Part shown: in pieces, positions 9,403 to 19,064 of the stretch | Layout: each line of letters begins with the position of its first letter | Position numbering within the stretch: position 1 is the first letter of the stretch | Assembly: GCA_018830005.1 (NCBI GenBank) | Contig: JAHJTE010000002.1 | Location: 73,517 to 137,516, forward strand | Reading direction: 5' to 3' | Source: Candidatus Omnitrophota bacterium | GTDB lineage: Bacteria > Omnitrophota > Gorgyraeia > JAHJTE01 | DNA: 64,000 nt | Position numbers and translations under genes: made by a program | Notes under the pieces: generated by a model | Seen by the model: the letters and a program-made list of their open reading frames with translations, nothing else | Databases searched by the model: none | What the model was told of the DNA's origin: nothing

Positions 9403-10600
9403 TCTCTAAATATTTTTGAGGTATGCTAATCGTAAATACAGTGCCTTTCTCAAAACAGCTGGCTACATTAATTGCTCCCTCATATTTATTTACTATCTCT
9501 CTTGAAATTGCAAGGCCTAATCCTGTACCTTTGCCCTTTTCCTTCGTAGAGAAGAAAGGTTCAAATATGGCCTGCTGGATGTCACTAGGAATGCCAGTGC
9601 CTGTATCTCTAAAGCTTATTTCAACAACTGAGTCCTTTAACCCTGTAGAGATCTCAAAGTCGCCTCCCTCAGGCATAACATCTAAGGCATTCTTTATAAT
9701 ATTGATGAATACACGCGAAAGTCCGATATCATCTATGCGCGGTAAATGTTTTGAGTAATTCCTGCTAACTCTAATGCCAGCATGAATCTTATCTTTTAGG
9801 CACACGAGTGAATCATCCAAAAGTGCATTAATATCTACAAAGCTCTTAACGCTTCTTTGTCTAGAATTTACAAGTTGAGAAAACTCAACAAGCGACTTTG
9901 TGATATTTGCAATCCGGTTTAATCCCTTCTTAGCCTCTGTCAAATACTCTCTGGCAACGCTATCTGATTCCATCTTCTCAAGCAGAAAGAGCGCCATATT
10001 TGTATAGCGGATTACACCATCTAAAGGATTGTTTATTTCATGTACCAGGTTAGCTGCTAATTTTCCCACAGAGGCATATTTTTCCAATAGGGTTGGCTGA
10101 TCTTCCCTTCCATTCTCCAAGGCCTTATCTATATTGCCAGAGTCAATTGCCATGCAGGCATATTTAACCATTGTTTCTGCACATTTCAGATCCTGTTCTG
10201 TAAAAGATTCCCCTGAAGACTTATCTGCAACATTAATTAAAGCAAGAAGCCCCTCTGATGCAAACACAGGTATAGAAATAAATGACTTTGTGCGATAATG
10301 ACTAAAGCCATTCTGTCGAAAACGTTCATCTGTTCCGATGTCTTTAACCAGAACCGCAGTCTTTATATCAACCACCTTTCCCGTAATGCCCTCTCCTATT
10401 CTGCGCCTTAGGCCCTTAAAGTTCAAATCCTGTGAATTATGGAATGAATCCAAAACTAATTCTTTATTCTCAGAATCAAATATAAACAAGGAACCGCATT
10501 CAGCGCTCAAAACCGACATTATGTCTTTAAGCGCACTGTTTAGAAAATCGCTCACAGAATTATTTGTTGCTTTAGTCACTGCTAATTTCGCACTATTCAT
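9395..10600 (-). CDS. GAF-sensor histidine kinase
   Basis: N-terminal GAF; H-box LVHEINNPLDGV; HATPase_c motifs (GTGLGLAISREIV); overlaps RR gene by 8 nt. Confidence 0.85.
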   Translation of the reverse strand: MNSAKLAVTKATNNSVSDFLNSALKDIMSVLSAECGSLFIFDSENKELVLDSFHNSQDLNFKGLRRRIGEGITGKVVDIKTAVLVKDIGTDERFRQNGFSHYRTKSFISIPVFASEGLLALINVADKSSGESFTEQDLKCAETMVKYACMAIDSGNIDKALENGREDQPTLLEKYASVGKLAANLVHEINNPLDGVIRYTNMALFLLEKMESDSVAREYLTEAKKGLNRIANITKSLVEFSQLVNSRQRSVKSFVDINALLDDSLVCLKDKIHAGIRVSRNYSKHLPRIDDIGLSRVFINIIKNALDVMPEGGDFEISTGLKDSVVEISFRDTGTGIPSDIQQAIFEPFFSTKEKGKGTGLGLAISREIVNKYEGAINVASCFEKGTVFTISIPQKYLENV

Positions 10601-11450
10601 CTTTATTACTCACCCCGCTTAATTCCTCTAAAAGCTTCTTTGAATAATTAACAAACCTGCTTTCAGGGTAGATCTTAATTAATTGCTGTAGAGATTCTTT
10701 CGCCTTATCATTATCTTTTAATTTATCTTTGTAAATCCTTGCCTTGTCTATAAATAGAGTGTCTATCTTTACAGTGTCTTTATAATTTACGATTATAGTA
10801 TCGATTGTCTTAACCGCATTGATCCAGTCCTGGAGTTCAAGATAACATCTTACTGCCAAACTATAAGCATTAAGGCCTAAAGGAGTATCCGGATGTCTTA
10901 CTGCCAAAACCTTATAATGAATAGCAGCCTCATTAAAAGCTGAGTTCATTTGGGCAGTTTGATTCTTTACCTTATAATGCTCTGCTATATAAATAGGCAT
11001 TCCTAAGCCCCTAATTGTTACCGGGTAATCTTTGATGATTAGATTGTATTTTCTCAAGGCCTCATTCCAATTACCTTCTATTTCATAGGTATTGCCAAAC
11101 AGATATAGTGCTTCTGAGGCAATCAATTTATCAGTCTTGTATTTGGCGGCTAGTTTAGTTAGATAGTCTCTACCCCTAATATAGTCTTCTTTAACAATAA
11201 AAAGCCGAGGTATGGTAAACTCGGCTTTAAGAGAAAGATTATTGTTCGGGTATTTATTTATAAACTTCTGTAGTTTATCAACTGCGGCTTGTAATTCTTT
11301 AGGGGGTGAGGCATGAGGATTCTTGAAAATCTTATCTGTTAACCTCTGTGCCCGCCAATATTCCCTCTCAATGCTATATTGATCAGCAGTACAACTTGCC
11401 AAGGAAAAGCAAAAACCGACTAAGATTATTAGAATAAAGAGTTTTTTCAT
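10593..11450 (-). CDS. TPR-repeat lipoprotein
   Basis: Signal peptide with lipobox LASC; Tyr/Ala-rich TPR-like repeats; co-operonic with HK/RR. Confidence 0.6.
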   Translation of the reverse strand: MKKLFILIILVGFCFSLASCTADQYSIEREYWRAQRLTDKIFKNPHASPPKELQAAVDKLQKFINKYPNNNLSLKAEFTIPRLFIVKEDYIRGRDYLTKLAAKYKTDKLIASEALYLFGNTYEIEGNWNEALRKYNLIIKDYPVTIRGLGMPIYIAEHYKVKNQTAQMNSAFNEAAIHYKVLAVRHPDTPLGLNAYSLAVRCYLELQDWINAVKTIDTIIVNYKDTVKIDTLFIDKARIYKDKLKDNDKAKESLQQLIKIYPESRFVNYSKKLLEELSGVSNKDE

Positions 11451-12331
11451 CTATCTTGAGACTTTTTATGCCCTAAGTACAACAAGGTCGTTGACATGAT
11501 AATCAGTGGGTCTATGATTAAAGAGCCTATTATTATACTTATACCTACAACAAAAAGAATGAATTCTGGGAAAAATTTATTGATTAAGAATAGCTTATTG
11601 GCATTTAAGATAATTATCGGGATATATAAAAGCATGGGCAAACCAACCAAAATAAGCGTAGCAATGAACTTCTTTAGGAAAAATACAATTGAATTACCAA
11701 TTGCCTTAAACAGGTTTTTATTATCTATAATTATTCCGGGGATAGCGTAAATGAATAGCGCCTGCAACAATACCGCAACTACGAAATTTAAAATTATAAA
11801 GATAGGGCCGATCCAGACTTTAGCACTAAGAAAGAGTAATCTTTCATGGCCAGCTACGAAATACTTAGCTAAACTAACGGTTAGTATCTTTGTAAACACA
11901 TAGTAGCCAAGAGTAAAGATTAAAACAACAGTAAAAAGAGAAAGATATTTCTTAATCGCTACATTAAAACACTTAGCTAAATTTATATGTTTATTTTTAT
12001 AAATATCGAAGATTATGGCAACCGCCATACCGGTCAATAAAGAGCCTATAAGGATAGTAAGCCCCATCCTTGCGTTGGAGACTATTTTAGGCAACAATAA
12101 GAAATTAAACGGGTAATGAAGAAATTTCTCACCCCAAAGGGTTCTTATTGGCGGGCCAAGTACAGCTACCAGAGGTACTCTTGGAGCTAGAGATAGAATA
12201 ATGAAGGAAAGATATTCAAAACTTATAAAAAGTATAAAGGGGATAAAAACAAGAGGGGCGCTTTTAAAAATTTGAAAAGACCTAACATAGGATTGTTTTA
12301 CTAAAGATACAGGGGAATCCTGAGAGCTCAT
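11447..12331 (-). CDS. Polytopic membrane protein (unknown function), first gene of regulator operon
   Basis: At least 7 hydrophobic segments; 4-nt overlap with downstream gene. Confidence 0.4.
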   Translation of the reverse strand: MSSQDSPVSLVKQSYVRSFQIFKSAPLVFIPFILFISFEYLSFIILSLAPRVPLVAVLGPPIRTLWGEKFLHYPFNFLLLPKIVSNARMGLTILIGSLLTGMAVAIIFDIYKNKHINLAKCFNVAIKKYLSLFTVVLIFTLGYYVFTKILTVSLAKYFVAGHERLLFLSAKVWIGPIFIILNFVVAVLLQALFIYAIPGIIIDNKNLFKAIGNSIVFFLKKFIATLILVGLPMLLYIPIIILNANKLFLINKFFPEFILFVVGISIIIGSLIIDPLIIMSTTLLYLGHKKSQDR

Positions 12332-12377
12332 ATATGCCTATTTTTCTAATGGGTATTTTGTTTACTGAAAGAAACAT

Positions 12378-12407
12378 TATTCTAACAGGCAAAAGTAATT
12401 GTGTCAA
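12378..12407 (-). promoter_or_regulatory. Candidate sigma-70 promoter for membrane-protein/TPR/HK/RR operon
   Basis: Minus-strand TTGACA (12407-12402), 17-nt spacer, TAGAAT (12383-12378), about 47 nt upstream of ATG at 12331. Confidence 0.5.
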
Positions 12408-12458
12408 GAACAAAATTCGTTGATTTTATTAAACTTACGAAAATTTGCCTTGACTGAA

Positions 12459-12743
12459 TTAGCTCCTCTTCTTTCTTCTAGAAAGCACTAGTCCTAACAA
12501 TCCGCTGCCTAAAAGCAACATAGAGCTCGGTTCCGGATTAACCACTGCCTGATCATAGCCAGGAGAATCATCACTTATATCATCGACTATGATATCATCT
12601 ACAGTGATACCATCACTGACTATGCTACTACTGGCAAAGGTATCAGTACTACCACTGGAAGAGCTACCACCTCCGCCTCCATTACAGCCAGAAAGAACTA
12701 GCCCAAAAAACAACACTAAAACTAAACTAACTGATTTTTTCAT
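12459..12743 (-). CDS. PEP-CTERM sorting-domain protein (small, Gly/Ser- and Asp-rich)
   Basis: Signal peptide; C-terminus VNPEPSSMLLLGSGLLGLVLSRRKKRS (PEP motif + TM + basic tail). Confidence 0.8.
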   Translation of the reverse strand: MKKSVSLVLVLFFGLVLSGCNGGGGGSSSSGSTDTFASSSIVSDGITVDDIIVDDISDDSPGYDQAVVNPEPSSMLLLGSGLLGLVLSRRKKRS

Positions 12744-12872
12744 TTTTACCCTTTTGTTGTAATTTTAAGACTTGTGGGGCAAACCCTTTTCAAGATTTGC
12801 CCCCTTATCTTTTGCAGTTTCGAAAATGCACCATCAGGGGGCATTTCTAAGAATTATTCTAAAAGAAAAAAC

Positions 12873-13526
12873 CTAGGATTTTTTCCTTTTTAAACCGAAT
12901 AAACCTAGAACACCCATTCCTAATAACGACATAGTTGCTGGTTCAGGAACTACTCCTACAGAAACGTCACTAAAAGTTCCCCAAGATGGAAGAGAACTAT
13001 CATAAGATGTTCTCAACACTATATTCAGATAATAATCTGATCCTGGAGTAACCATAACTGTAGACTGTTTCTTCCAACCACCACTTATACCCTCCAAGCC
13101 GTCTTCTGTGGCTCCACCCCAAGTAAGTCCTCCAATAATTGAAGCGCCATTCCAAAGATAATCTCCTTGAGTTATAACTGCATAGAACTCATCATAATAA
13201 GCAGAGTCATAACTGTTAAAGACCTTATCGAAATAGAGCTCGTAACCGTCAGGCGTTCCTAATGGAGCTAGAGATAGTCCTACGCCTTTCCAGCCTGCAG
13301 ATTGCGAATCACCTTCTTGTGGTAGAGTATCAAAATCTCCAATTGTAACAGATCCTGAAGTAGCAAGGATAACTGTTGTTAGTGAATCTCCGCTAATATT
13401 CGAATCTGGTGCGTAAACCACAGTAAAGATTGGATTGGAAATTTCAATATAGGCTGCTTCGGCATTTTGAAGCAATGCAAAACTTCCTAACGCCAAGATT
13501 GCCATACATAGCAAGATTTTCTTCAT
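12873..13526 (-). CDS. PEP-CTERM sorting-domain protein
   Basis: Signal peptide; C-terminus VVPEPATMSLLGMGVLGLFGLKRKKS. Confidence 0.8.
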   Translation of the reverse strand: MKKILLCMAILALGSFALLQNAEAAYIEISNPIFTVVYAPDSNISGDSLTTVILATSGSVTIGDFDTLPQEGDSQSAGWKGVGLSLAPLGTPDGYELYFDKVFNSYDSAYYDEFYAVITQGDYLWNGASIIGGLTWGGATEDGLEGISGGWKKQSTVMVTPGSDYYLNIVLRTSYDSSLPSWGTFSDVSVGVVPEPATMSLLGMGVLGLFGLKRKKS

Positions 13527-13657
13527 TCTATTTTCACCTCCTTTTTGTTAATTTTATCTATTAATCGCGTCCGTGGCTTTTAACGCGTTAATATTCTCCT
13601 CTTTATGAAATTAATAAACACAGAAACAACAATATATTTTTTAGTCTTCTCTTCATT

Positions 13658-14269
13658 TTATTTAAGCTTCTTTCTCTTTATACCAGCCAATCCTAACAAT
13701 CCTAATCCTAAAAGAGATAAGGTAGCAGGTTCTGGAATTGTAGACGTTTCAATAGTAAAATAAATACCGTCGTTATAATAATGACAATCCGGGTCAATAC
13801 CAAAACCAAAATTGCCATCACTAAGCCAAGCAAAATTGGCTGCAGGTATAGAGTAGGTTAAATTAACCTTATGGTTTGAATCTCCATAAGGGTCGTGCCA
13901 AACGCCTAACAAAAGTCCTTGAGTGGAAAAATTATCGCCGCCACCTTCATTATCCGTGCCTACAGTAACCGTACCAGTATATGTTCCGGCACCAGGCGCT
14001 ACATAAGCCGAGTCCAAAAGATGAGTGTAAAGACTATCATCCTCACCCCATAGGTGATCCCACATTTGTTGATAAGTCAAAGTTGCACTGGTTATGGTTT
14101 CTCCTGAAGGCACATACCAATCTATCCCCCAAGTATAGAATTCCTGATGAACTAAATCATAAAGGTCAGAGGGGCTCGGCGAAAAGGTGTAGGTATTGGC
14201 GAAAGCAAAATTCTGACAAAGCAGCATTATTGCTGCTGCTATTAGTAAAACTAAACATTTTCTTTTCAT
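13658..14269 (-). CDS. PEP-CTERM sorting-domain protein (start trimmed to internal Met MKRKCLVLL)
   Basis: Signal peptide after internal Met; C-terminus TIPEPATLSLLGLGLLGLAGIKRKKLK. Confidence 0.8.
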   Translation of the reverse strand: MKRKCLVLLIAAAIMLLCQNFAFANTYTFSPSPSDLYDLVHQEFYTWGIDWYVPSGETITSATLTYQQMWDHLWGEDDSLYTHLLDSAYVAPGAGTYTGTVTVGTDNEGGGDNFSTQGLLLGVWHDPYGDSNHKVNLTYSIPAANFAWLSDGNFGFGIDPDCHYYNDGIYFTIETSTIPEPATLSLLGLGLLGLAGIKRKKLK

Positions 14270-14271
14270 TT

Positions 14272-15156
14272 TTACCTCGCTCCCCTTCCGGTTAAAACTA
14301 TTACAACCGTATTGGCTAAAATTCTTAAATCTACTAATAAGCACATTTTTTTAATATATAAAATGTCGTATTTAATTTTCTTCTTTACGTCCTCAATTGT
14401 CTCATCATATTTATGCCAAACCTGCGCCAGTCCGGTTATCCCTGGCTTTACTACTAGACGTTGCTCATAATCACGAATTAATGTCCTTAAATCTCTAACT
14501 AGTTCCGGTCTCTCAGGCCTAGGTCCAACAATACTCATCTCACCCTTCAAAACATTAATTAACTGTGGAATCTCATCTATGTGGAGTTTTCTTAAGATTC
14601 TACCAACTGGAGTAATGCGTGGATCGTCTTTTCTGGCCCAAATTGCACCAGTAGCATTTTCTGCATCAAAGTACATAGTTCGCAATTTATAAATTTTAAA
14701 AAGTTCACCAAACCTTCCCATCCTATCCTGCTTATATACAATAGGACCTTTTGAGGTTAGCTTTATAATAGTGCCTGCAACTAAAAGAAATGGGAACGAT
14801 AGGACTAATCCAGTGCTAGCAAGCATAATGTCCATTATCCTCTTAAGTCTTTCAAAGCTTCTACGGACAAAACGAACTATAAGTCCGGTAACCCCGCTTA
14901 AAAGTAGAAACAAGGTGTTAAACTCAGGAGCGCGTGATTTCTCTGGAGTTTTAGCTGAAATGACAGGCTTACTATAATCAACAGTGCCTACTATATCCTG
15001 GGAGGAAATCTCTGAAGAGTCTAAATAAGTAACAGCAAAGGTCTGGCTTTCATCAAAACTTGATAAGAATAGAAAAAGACCAATTACGCAAATAAACGCA
15101 ACTAGTATCTTCTTAAAATTTGCTGTTGTCCTTAATTGTCCTGTATTTTGATTCAT
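14272..15156 (-). CDS. Polyprenyl-phosphate sugar phosphotransferase (bacterial sugar transferase, EpsB/WbaP-like priming enzyme)
   Basis: C-terminal Bac_transf signature DEIPQLINVLKGEMSIVGPRPERPE and KPGITGLAQV; N-terminal TM segments. Confidence 0.85.
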   Translation of the reverse strand: MNQNTGQLRTTANFKKILVAFICVIGLFLFLSSFDESQTFAVTYLDSSEISSQDIVGTVDYSKPVISAKTPEKSRAPEFNTLFLLLSGVTGLIVRFVRRSFERLKRIMDIMLASTGLVLSFPFLLVAGTIIKLTSKGPIVYKQDRMGRFGELFKIYKLRTMYFDAENATGAIWARKDDPRITPVGRILRKLHIDEIPQLINVLKGEMSIVGPRPERPELVRDLRTLIRDYEQRLVVKPGITGLAQVWHKYDETIEDVKKKIKYDILYIKKMCLLVDLRILANTVVIVLTGRGAR

Positions 15157-15183
15157 ATTTCTGCCTTTGTATCTTATATAAGA

Positions 15184-15199
15184 GCATTTTTTATGCCAA
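15184..15199 (-). promoter_or_regulatory. Candidate sigma-54 (-24/-12) promoter upstream of priming sugar transferase/PEP-CTERM genes
   Basis: Minus-strand TTGGCATAAAAAATGC: GG-N10-GC spacing, TGGCAt / aTGCt vs consensus TGGCAC-N5-TTGCW; about 28 nt upstream of ATG at 15156. Confidence 0.4.
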
Positions 15200-15480
15200 C
15201 TTTGCCTTATTGGTAAAAACTTTTTTTATGTTTTTTAACTTATTACTTTTCAATGGGTTATGAAAATAAAATTTTAAAAAAAATACATGCCAAATTTATG
15301 TTTTGGTCTTAGTATATGTTTTTGTTCCCAAAAGGAAACACAGATTAGATAAATTTTAAGATAAATACCATAACTTATTATTTAACAATATGTTATGAAA
15401 ATTTAATTTAAAATATGTATATATACATAAGGTGTTCATTTTTAAACAATTCTTAACAAAAATAAAGAGGAAATTGGATT

Positions 15481-16101
15481 TTAAGGGATGTATTTAGCGA
15501 GCAAGGGACTAATCTCATTACTAAAGGACTTAAGTAGCTTAAAGGCCTCTTCCTTATCATTTGTCTTCAAGTCTGTTGAAATTCTAATCATTGCACCAGC
15601 AGTTCTTTTTCCCAACATGCGATCGATAACTATTTTCATCTGTTGCTTTATATAATTATCAGTATAAACATTTCCAGCCTTGAACCAATAAATATACATC
15701 TGTGGAATCTTCTCTTTTTCAACAATCAACTTCATTGCCTTAATAGGACTGGTTAGCTGGATAGAATCCTTCTCTACTATTGTCATTCCGCTGCCTAAGA
15801 GACAAATCTCAGGTGGATGACTTACCTTACGATTATCTTCTGAATAGATTAAATAAAGATACACAGATTGACCTTGTTTATTTTTATATTCTCTTACGAA
15901 GAGATTTCGTGTTTCTAAAATCGCATAGTCATTTTCAGAAATTGGAATGTCTGTTGATGTCCACTCACCAAATTCCTTTGGGAAATCAGATACCTTAATA
16001 TTTGAAGTAGCATCTGTTCTTGTTGGTAAATAAGAGGCAAGGCTCAAATAAACAACAAGGATTAGAATTAAAACTATGATAATGAAGTTTCTATTATTCA
16101 T
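15481..16101 (-). CDS. epsI: EpsI-family exosortase-associated protein
   Basis: N-terminal TM anchor; HPPEICLLGSG motif characteristic of EpsI; immediately downstream of exosortase. Confidence 0.7.
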   Translation of the reverse strand: MNNRNFIIIVLILILVVYLSLASYLPTRTDATSNIKVSDFPKEFGEWTSTDIPISENDYAILETRNLFVREYKNKQGQSVYLYLIYSEDNRKVSHPPEICLLGSGMTIVEKDSIQLTSPIKAMKLIVEKEKIPQMYIYWFKAGNVYTDNYIKQQMKIVIDRMLGKRTAGAMIRISTDLKTNDKEEAFKLLKSFSNEISPLLAKYIP

Positions 16102-16122
16102 TTTGTATCCTTTCTTAAGATA

Positions 16123-16935
16123 TTATTTTAAGGTATTTTCTACAATCAATAGTCCAATAAATGCAAACACAAATACAAATAAACCCATTGCCGTATGGAA
16201 CATACCTGTTGCCCATTTAGCACCGTATATCTCACTAACTAAAGACAAAGAAACTATACGTATTACATTTGTAGAAATAGCAATTGGGATTGAAGAAGCA
16301 AACAAAATCATCCTTTTGGAACGAGAAAGATTGCTCAAGTATCCCATAAGTGCACCTAGGGCAATTAAGGCGATTAAACTTCTTATTCCTGAACATGGAT
16401 CCTCAACAATAAGATAAGAATTTGCTGTCTTTATAATGCTGCCCTCCCTTATTGCTCTAATGCCTAGATTATTTATGATAAATGTTGAAATCTTTGCAGC
16501 AAAGATCTTCAGCTGAAAGCTCAAATTTGCAATTGCAACCAAAGGCAGTGGAATCATAAATATTAAAAATGATATAGGGAAAAATAACTTTTTTAGATAG
16601 TCTTTACCAAAAAATAATAAAGCTATTCCAATAATAGTTAGGATTAGAGAAAATCCCGACGAGAAATATACCCTCCAAACTGCACTTATGAGATGGATTA
16701 ATAACCCTGCACCAAGAAATAACCAGCCCATATTTGAAGGATTAATCTTTATACTTTTTAATTTATCCCTCATCTGCCAAATAAGAAAGATGCTTATAAA
16801 TGGCACTAGAAAACCATGGTTGTAATAGCTATCCTTAGCATTCCACCTATCATACATCCAAATAAAGGTTGGAATGTAGGCGATAATTATTAAAGCTGCT
16901 AAGGTAGCTAGCTTAATCAAATCCTGCTTCTTCAT
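16123..16935 (-). CDS. Exosortase (XrtA-like transpeptidase)
   Basis: 8-TM protein; YNHGFLVP near N-terminus; catalytic-Cys context EDPCSGIRSL; conserved NVIRI Arg region. Confidence 0.75.
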   Translation of the reverse strand: MKKQDLIKLATLAALIIIAYIPTFIWMYDRWNAKDSYYNHGFLVPFISIFLIWQMRDKLKSIKINPSNMGWLFLGAGLLIHLISAVWRVYFSSGFSLILTIIGIALLFFGKDYLKKLFFPISFLIFMIPLPLVAIANLSFQLKIFAAKISTFIINNLGIRAIREGSIIKTANSYLIVEDPCSGIRSLIALIALGALMGYLSNLSRSKRMILFASSIPIAISTNVIRIVSLSLVSEIYGAKWATGMFHTAMGLFVFVFAFIGLLIVENTLK

Positions 16936-16982
16936 ATTCTCTCCTTATTTTGAACTATAAGTAGCCTTCTGCCTAATTCTAC

Positions 16983-18134
16983 TTACCTTTCCGTTCTCGC
17001 CCAGGCAACGCTTTGTCGTCCCGTGATATACCGCACGAAGCCTATTAATAGCGACAAATTCATTGAGACAAAATAATAACATAGATTAATCGGTTTTATG
17101 TTTATGCCAGACCAACTTAGAATCTGCCCAACAACTGCGCATATATAAAAAATGCATTGCATAGCGAATACCAATTTATATAAAGGATCCATCAACAAAA
17201 ATAGATTCAAAAAGACTGCAAAAATCAGGAAAAACGGCGCAAGCCATCTTAAGACCTTATGGGACCAGAACGAAAAAGACGAAAACCCCTTCAAGGGATT
17301 CAACATAGGCAACAGCCGGAAAAGAGCTTGAAAATCTCCAGCTCCGATGCGAATTCGTCTTTGTTTTTCCTGAATGATATGCTTTGTCGTCTCCTCGATA
17401 GCCACAGCCTCTTTCTCGTAAAAAACTTTATAACCTTTTTCTAAAATCTTCATAGGAATAAAAAAATCTTCGACAATGGTATCCGAAGGACACGGGATAA
17501 AAAGTTCCTTTCTGATTGCATAAATAGGGCCATTCGCCCCTAAAAGAGAACCTCGAGCTCCTTCAATTTTCTTAAGGAATGTTTCGTATCGCCAATAAAA
17601 ATTTTCTAATTCAGCGCTGTCGCTTCCTTGCGCATTGACAAATTTTAACAAACCGCATACACAGCCGATACGAGAATCATCAAAATAACAGACCAGTTTT
17701 TTTATAGCATCTGGTTCAAAAAAAGCATTGGCATCACTAAAAATAATAATGCCATGCTTGGTGCGCGGGAGTGTTTCATTGAGAACGTTGGCTTTTCCTT
17801 GCCTTTTGGAGTAATCAAACAAAATGACGCCATCTAAGTTGTACCTTCTTACAATTTCATTGGTACGGTCATCCGATCCATCAGAAGCAATAATTATCTC
17901 TAGGCGATCTTTAGGGTAGTCGAGTTCGAGGCAATTTTTTATTCGCTTTTCTATAACCTTCTCTTCATTATACGCTGCAATAATCAGCGATACTTTTGGA
18001 AGATTTTCAGTGGTTGTAAACTTCGGCCGCTGGATAAATTTATCAAATAAAAACAATAGCATCGGATATAAAATATAGGCATATCCGATTAAAAAAATAG
18101 ATAGCCAAAATGAAAATTTGATTATGCTATACAT
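16983..18134 (-). CDS. Family 2 glycosyltransferase with C-terminal TM segments
   Basis: GT2 motifs SLIIAAYNEE, SDGSDDRT, DAN; C-terminal hydrophobic helices. Confidence 0.8.
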   Translation of the reverse strand: MYSIIKFSFWLSIFLIGYAYILYPMLLFLFDKFIQRPKFTTTENLPKVSLIIAAYNEEKVIEKRIKNCLELDYPKDRLEIIIASDGSDDRTNEIVRRYNLDGVILFDYSKRQGKANVLNETLPRTKHGIIIFSDANAFFEPDAIKKLVCYFDDSRIGCVCGLLKFVNAQGSDSAELENFYWRYETFLKKIEGARGSLLGANGPIYAIRKELFIPCPSDTIVEDFFIPMKILEKGYKVFYEKEAVAIEETTKHIIQEKQRRIRIGAGDFQALFRLLPMLNPLKGFSSFSFWSHKVLRWLAPFFLIFAVFLNLFLLMDPLYKLVFAMQCIFYICAVVGQILSWSGINIKPINLCYYFVSMNLSLLIGFVRYITGRQSVAWARTER

Positions 18135-19053
18135 CGACTTGACATCCTTTTTTATGTCTTATCATTGTTCGGAGTGATTTTATAATCCTTTTTAAGCTCG
18201 GATCAAACAGCTGGCTTTTAATGATACATCTAACAAACAATCTATAATCCTTCTTTTCCATACATAGAATTTGTCGGGCAATACTCCAGAGTTTTTCGGC
18301 GTAGATTTCTCGATAAGAAGAATGCAGAGCAAAGGCTTCCGGTGCATAACTACACACAATCTTGTATTCGTATATGAATTTAGCAATTGGATTTGATTTT
18401 GTCGTACTATTTTTTCGAACTTTATAAATATACAAGGGTTCTTCAACTTTGCATATTTTAAATCCATGTTTTGCTAATCTTATCCACATTTCCCAATCCT
18501 CGCGAATACGAAAATCTTTATGGAATCCGCCTACTTTTTTAAAACACTCCTTCATTATGACAACTTTTGATGGACCCCCAATCACATCTTCCCTAAGAAC
18601 AGCAGAATATAAATTTTCATTAGCGCCAATCGCAACAGGTGCTTTAAAAAAATCTTTTTTTATGGTGGCCTCACTTGCATCTAACTCTAGCCGGTAGGCG
18701 TTTGTATATACCCATTGGCAGGCATTTGCAACCATGGCTTCGGTAGTCTTCTGCAGGAATTCTGGCAGCCATTCATCATCTGCATCTAAAAAGGCAACAT
18801 ATTGGCCTCTGGCCTCAGTAATTCCTTTATTTCGAGCAGCAGACGGCCCTTTATTTGCCTGCGAAAAATATCTTATGACCGAAGGATGTTGACGAATAAA
18901 TCTTTCAGCCACTTCACGGGTATTGTCGGTTGATCCGTCATCCACAATAATTATTTCAAAATCCTTATATGACTGATTAAGTACACTGTTGACGGCATCC
19001 GGCAAATATTGAGCCCGGTTGTATATAGGGATAATAACGCTAACGTTCGGCAT
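18127..19053 (-). CDS. Family 2 glycosyltransferase
   Basis: VSVIIPIYNRAQYLPDAVNSVLNQSY...IIVDDGSTD; DAD motif. Confidence 0.8.
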   Translation of the reverse strand: MPNVSVIIPIYNRAQYLPDAVNSVLNQSYKDFEIIIVDDGSTDNTREVAERFIRQHPSVIRYFSQANKGPSAARNKGITEARGQYVAFLDADDEWLPEFLQKTTEAMVANACQWVYTNAYRLELDASEATIKKDFFKAPVAIGANENLYSAVLREDVIGGPSKVVIMKECFKKVGGFHKDFRIREDWEMWIRLAKHGFKICKVEEPLYIYKVRKNSTTKSNPIAKFIYEYKIVCSYAPEAFALHSSYREIYAEKLWSIARQILCMEKKDYRLFVRCIIKSQLFDPSLKRIIKSLRTMIRHKKGCQVDV

Positions 19054-19064
19054 ATTAAAAACCC

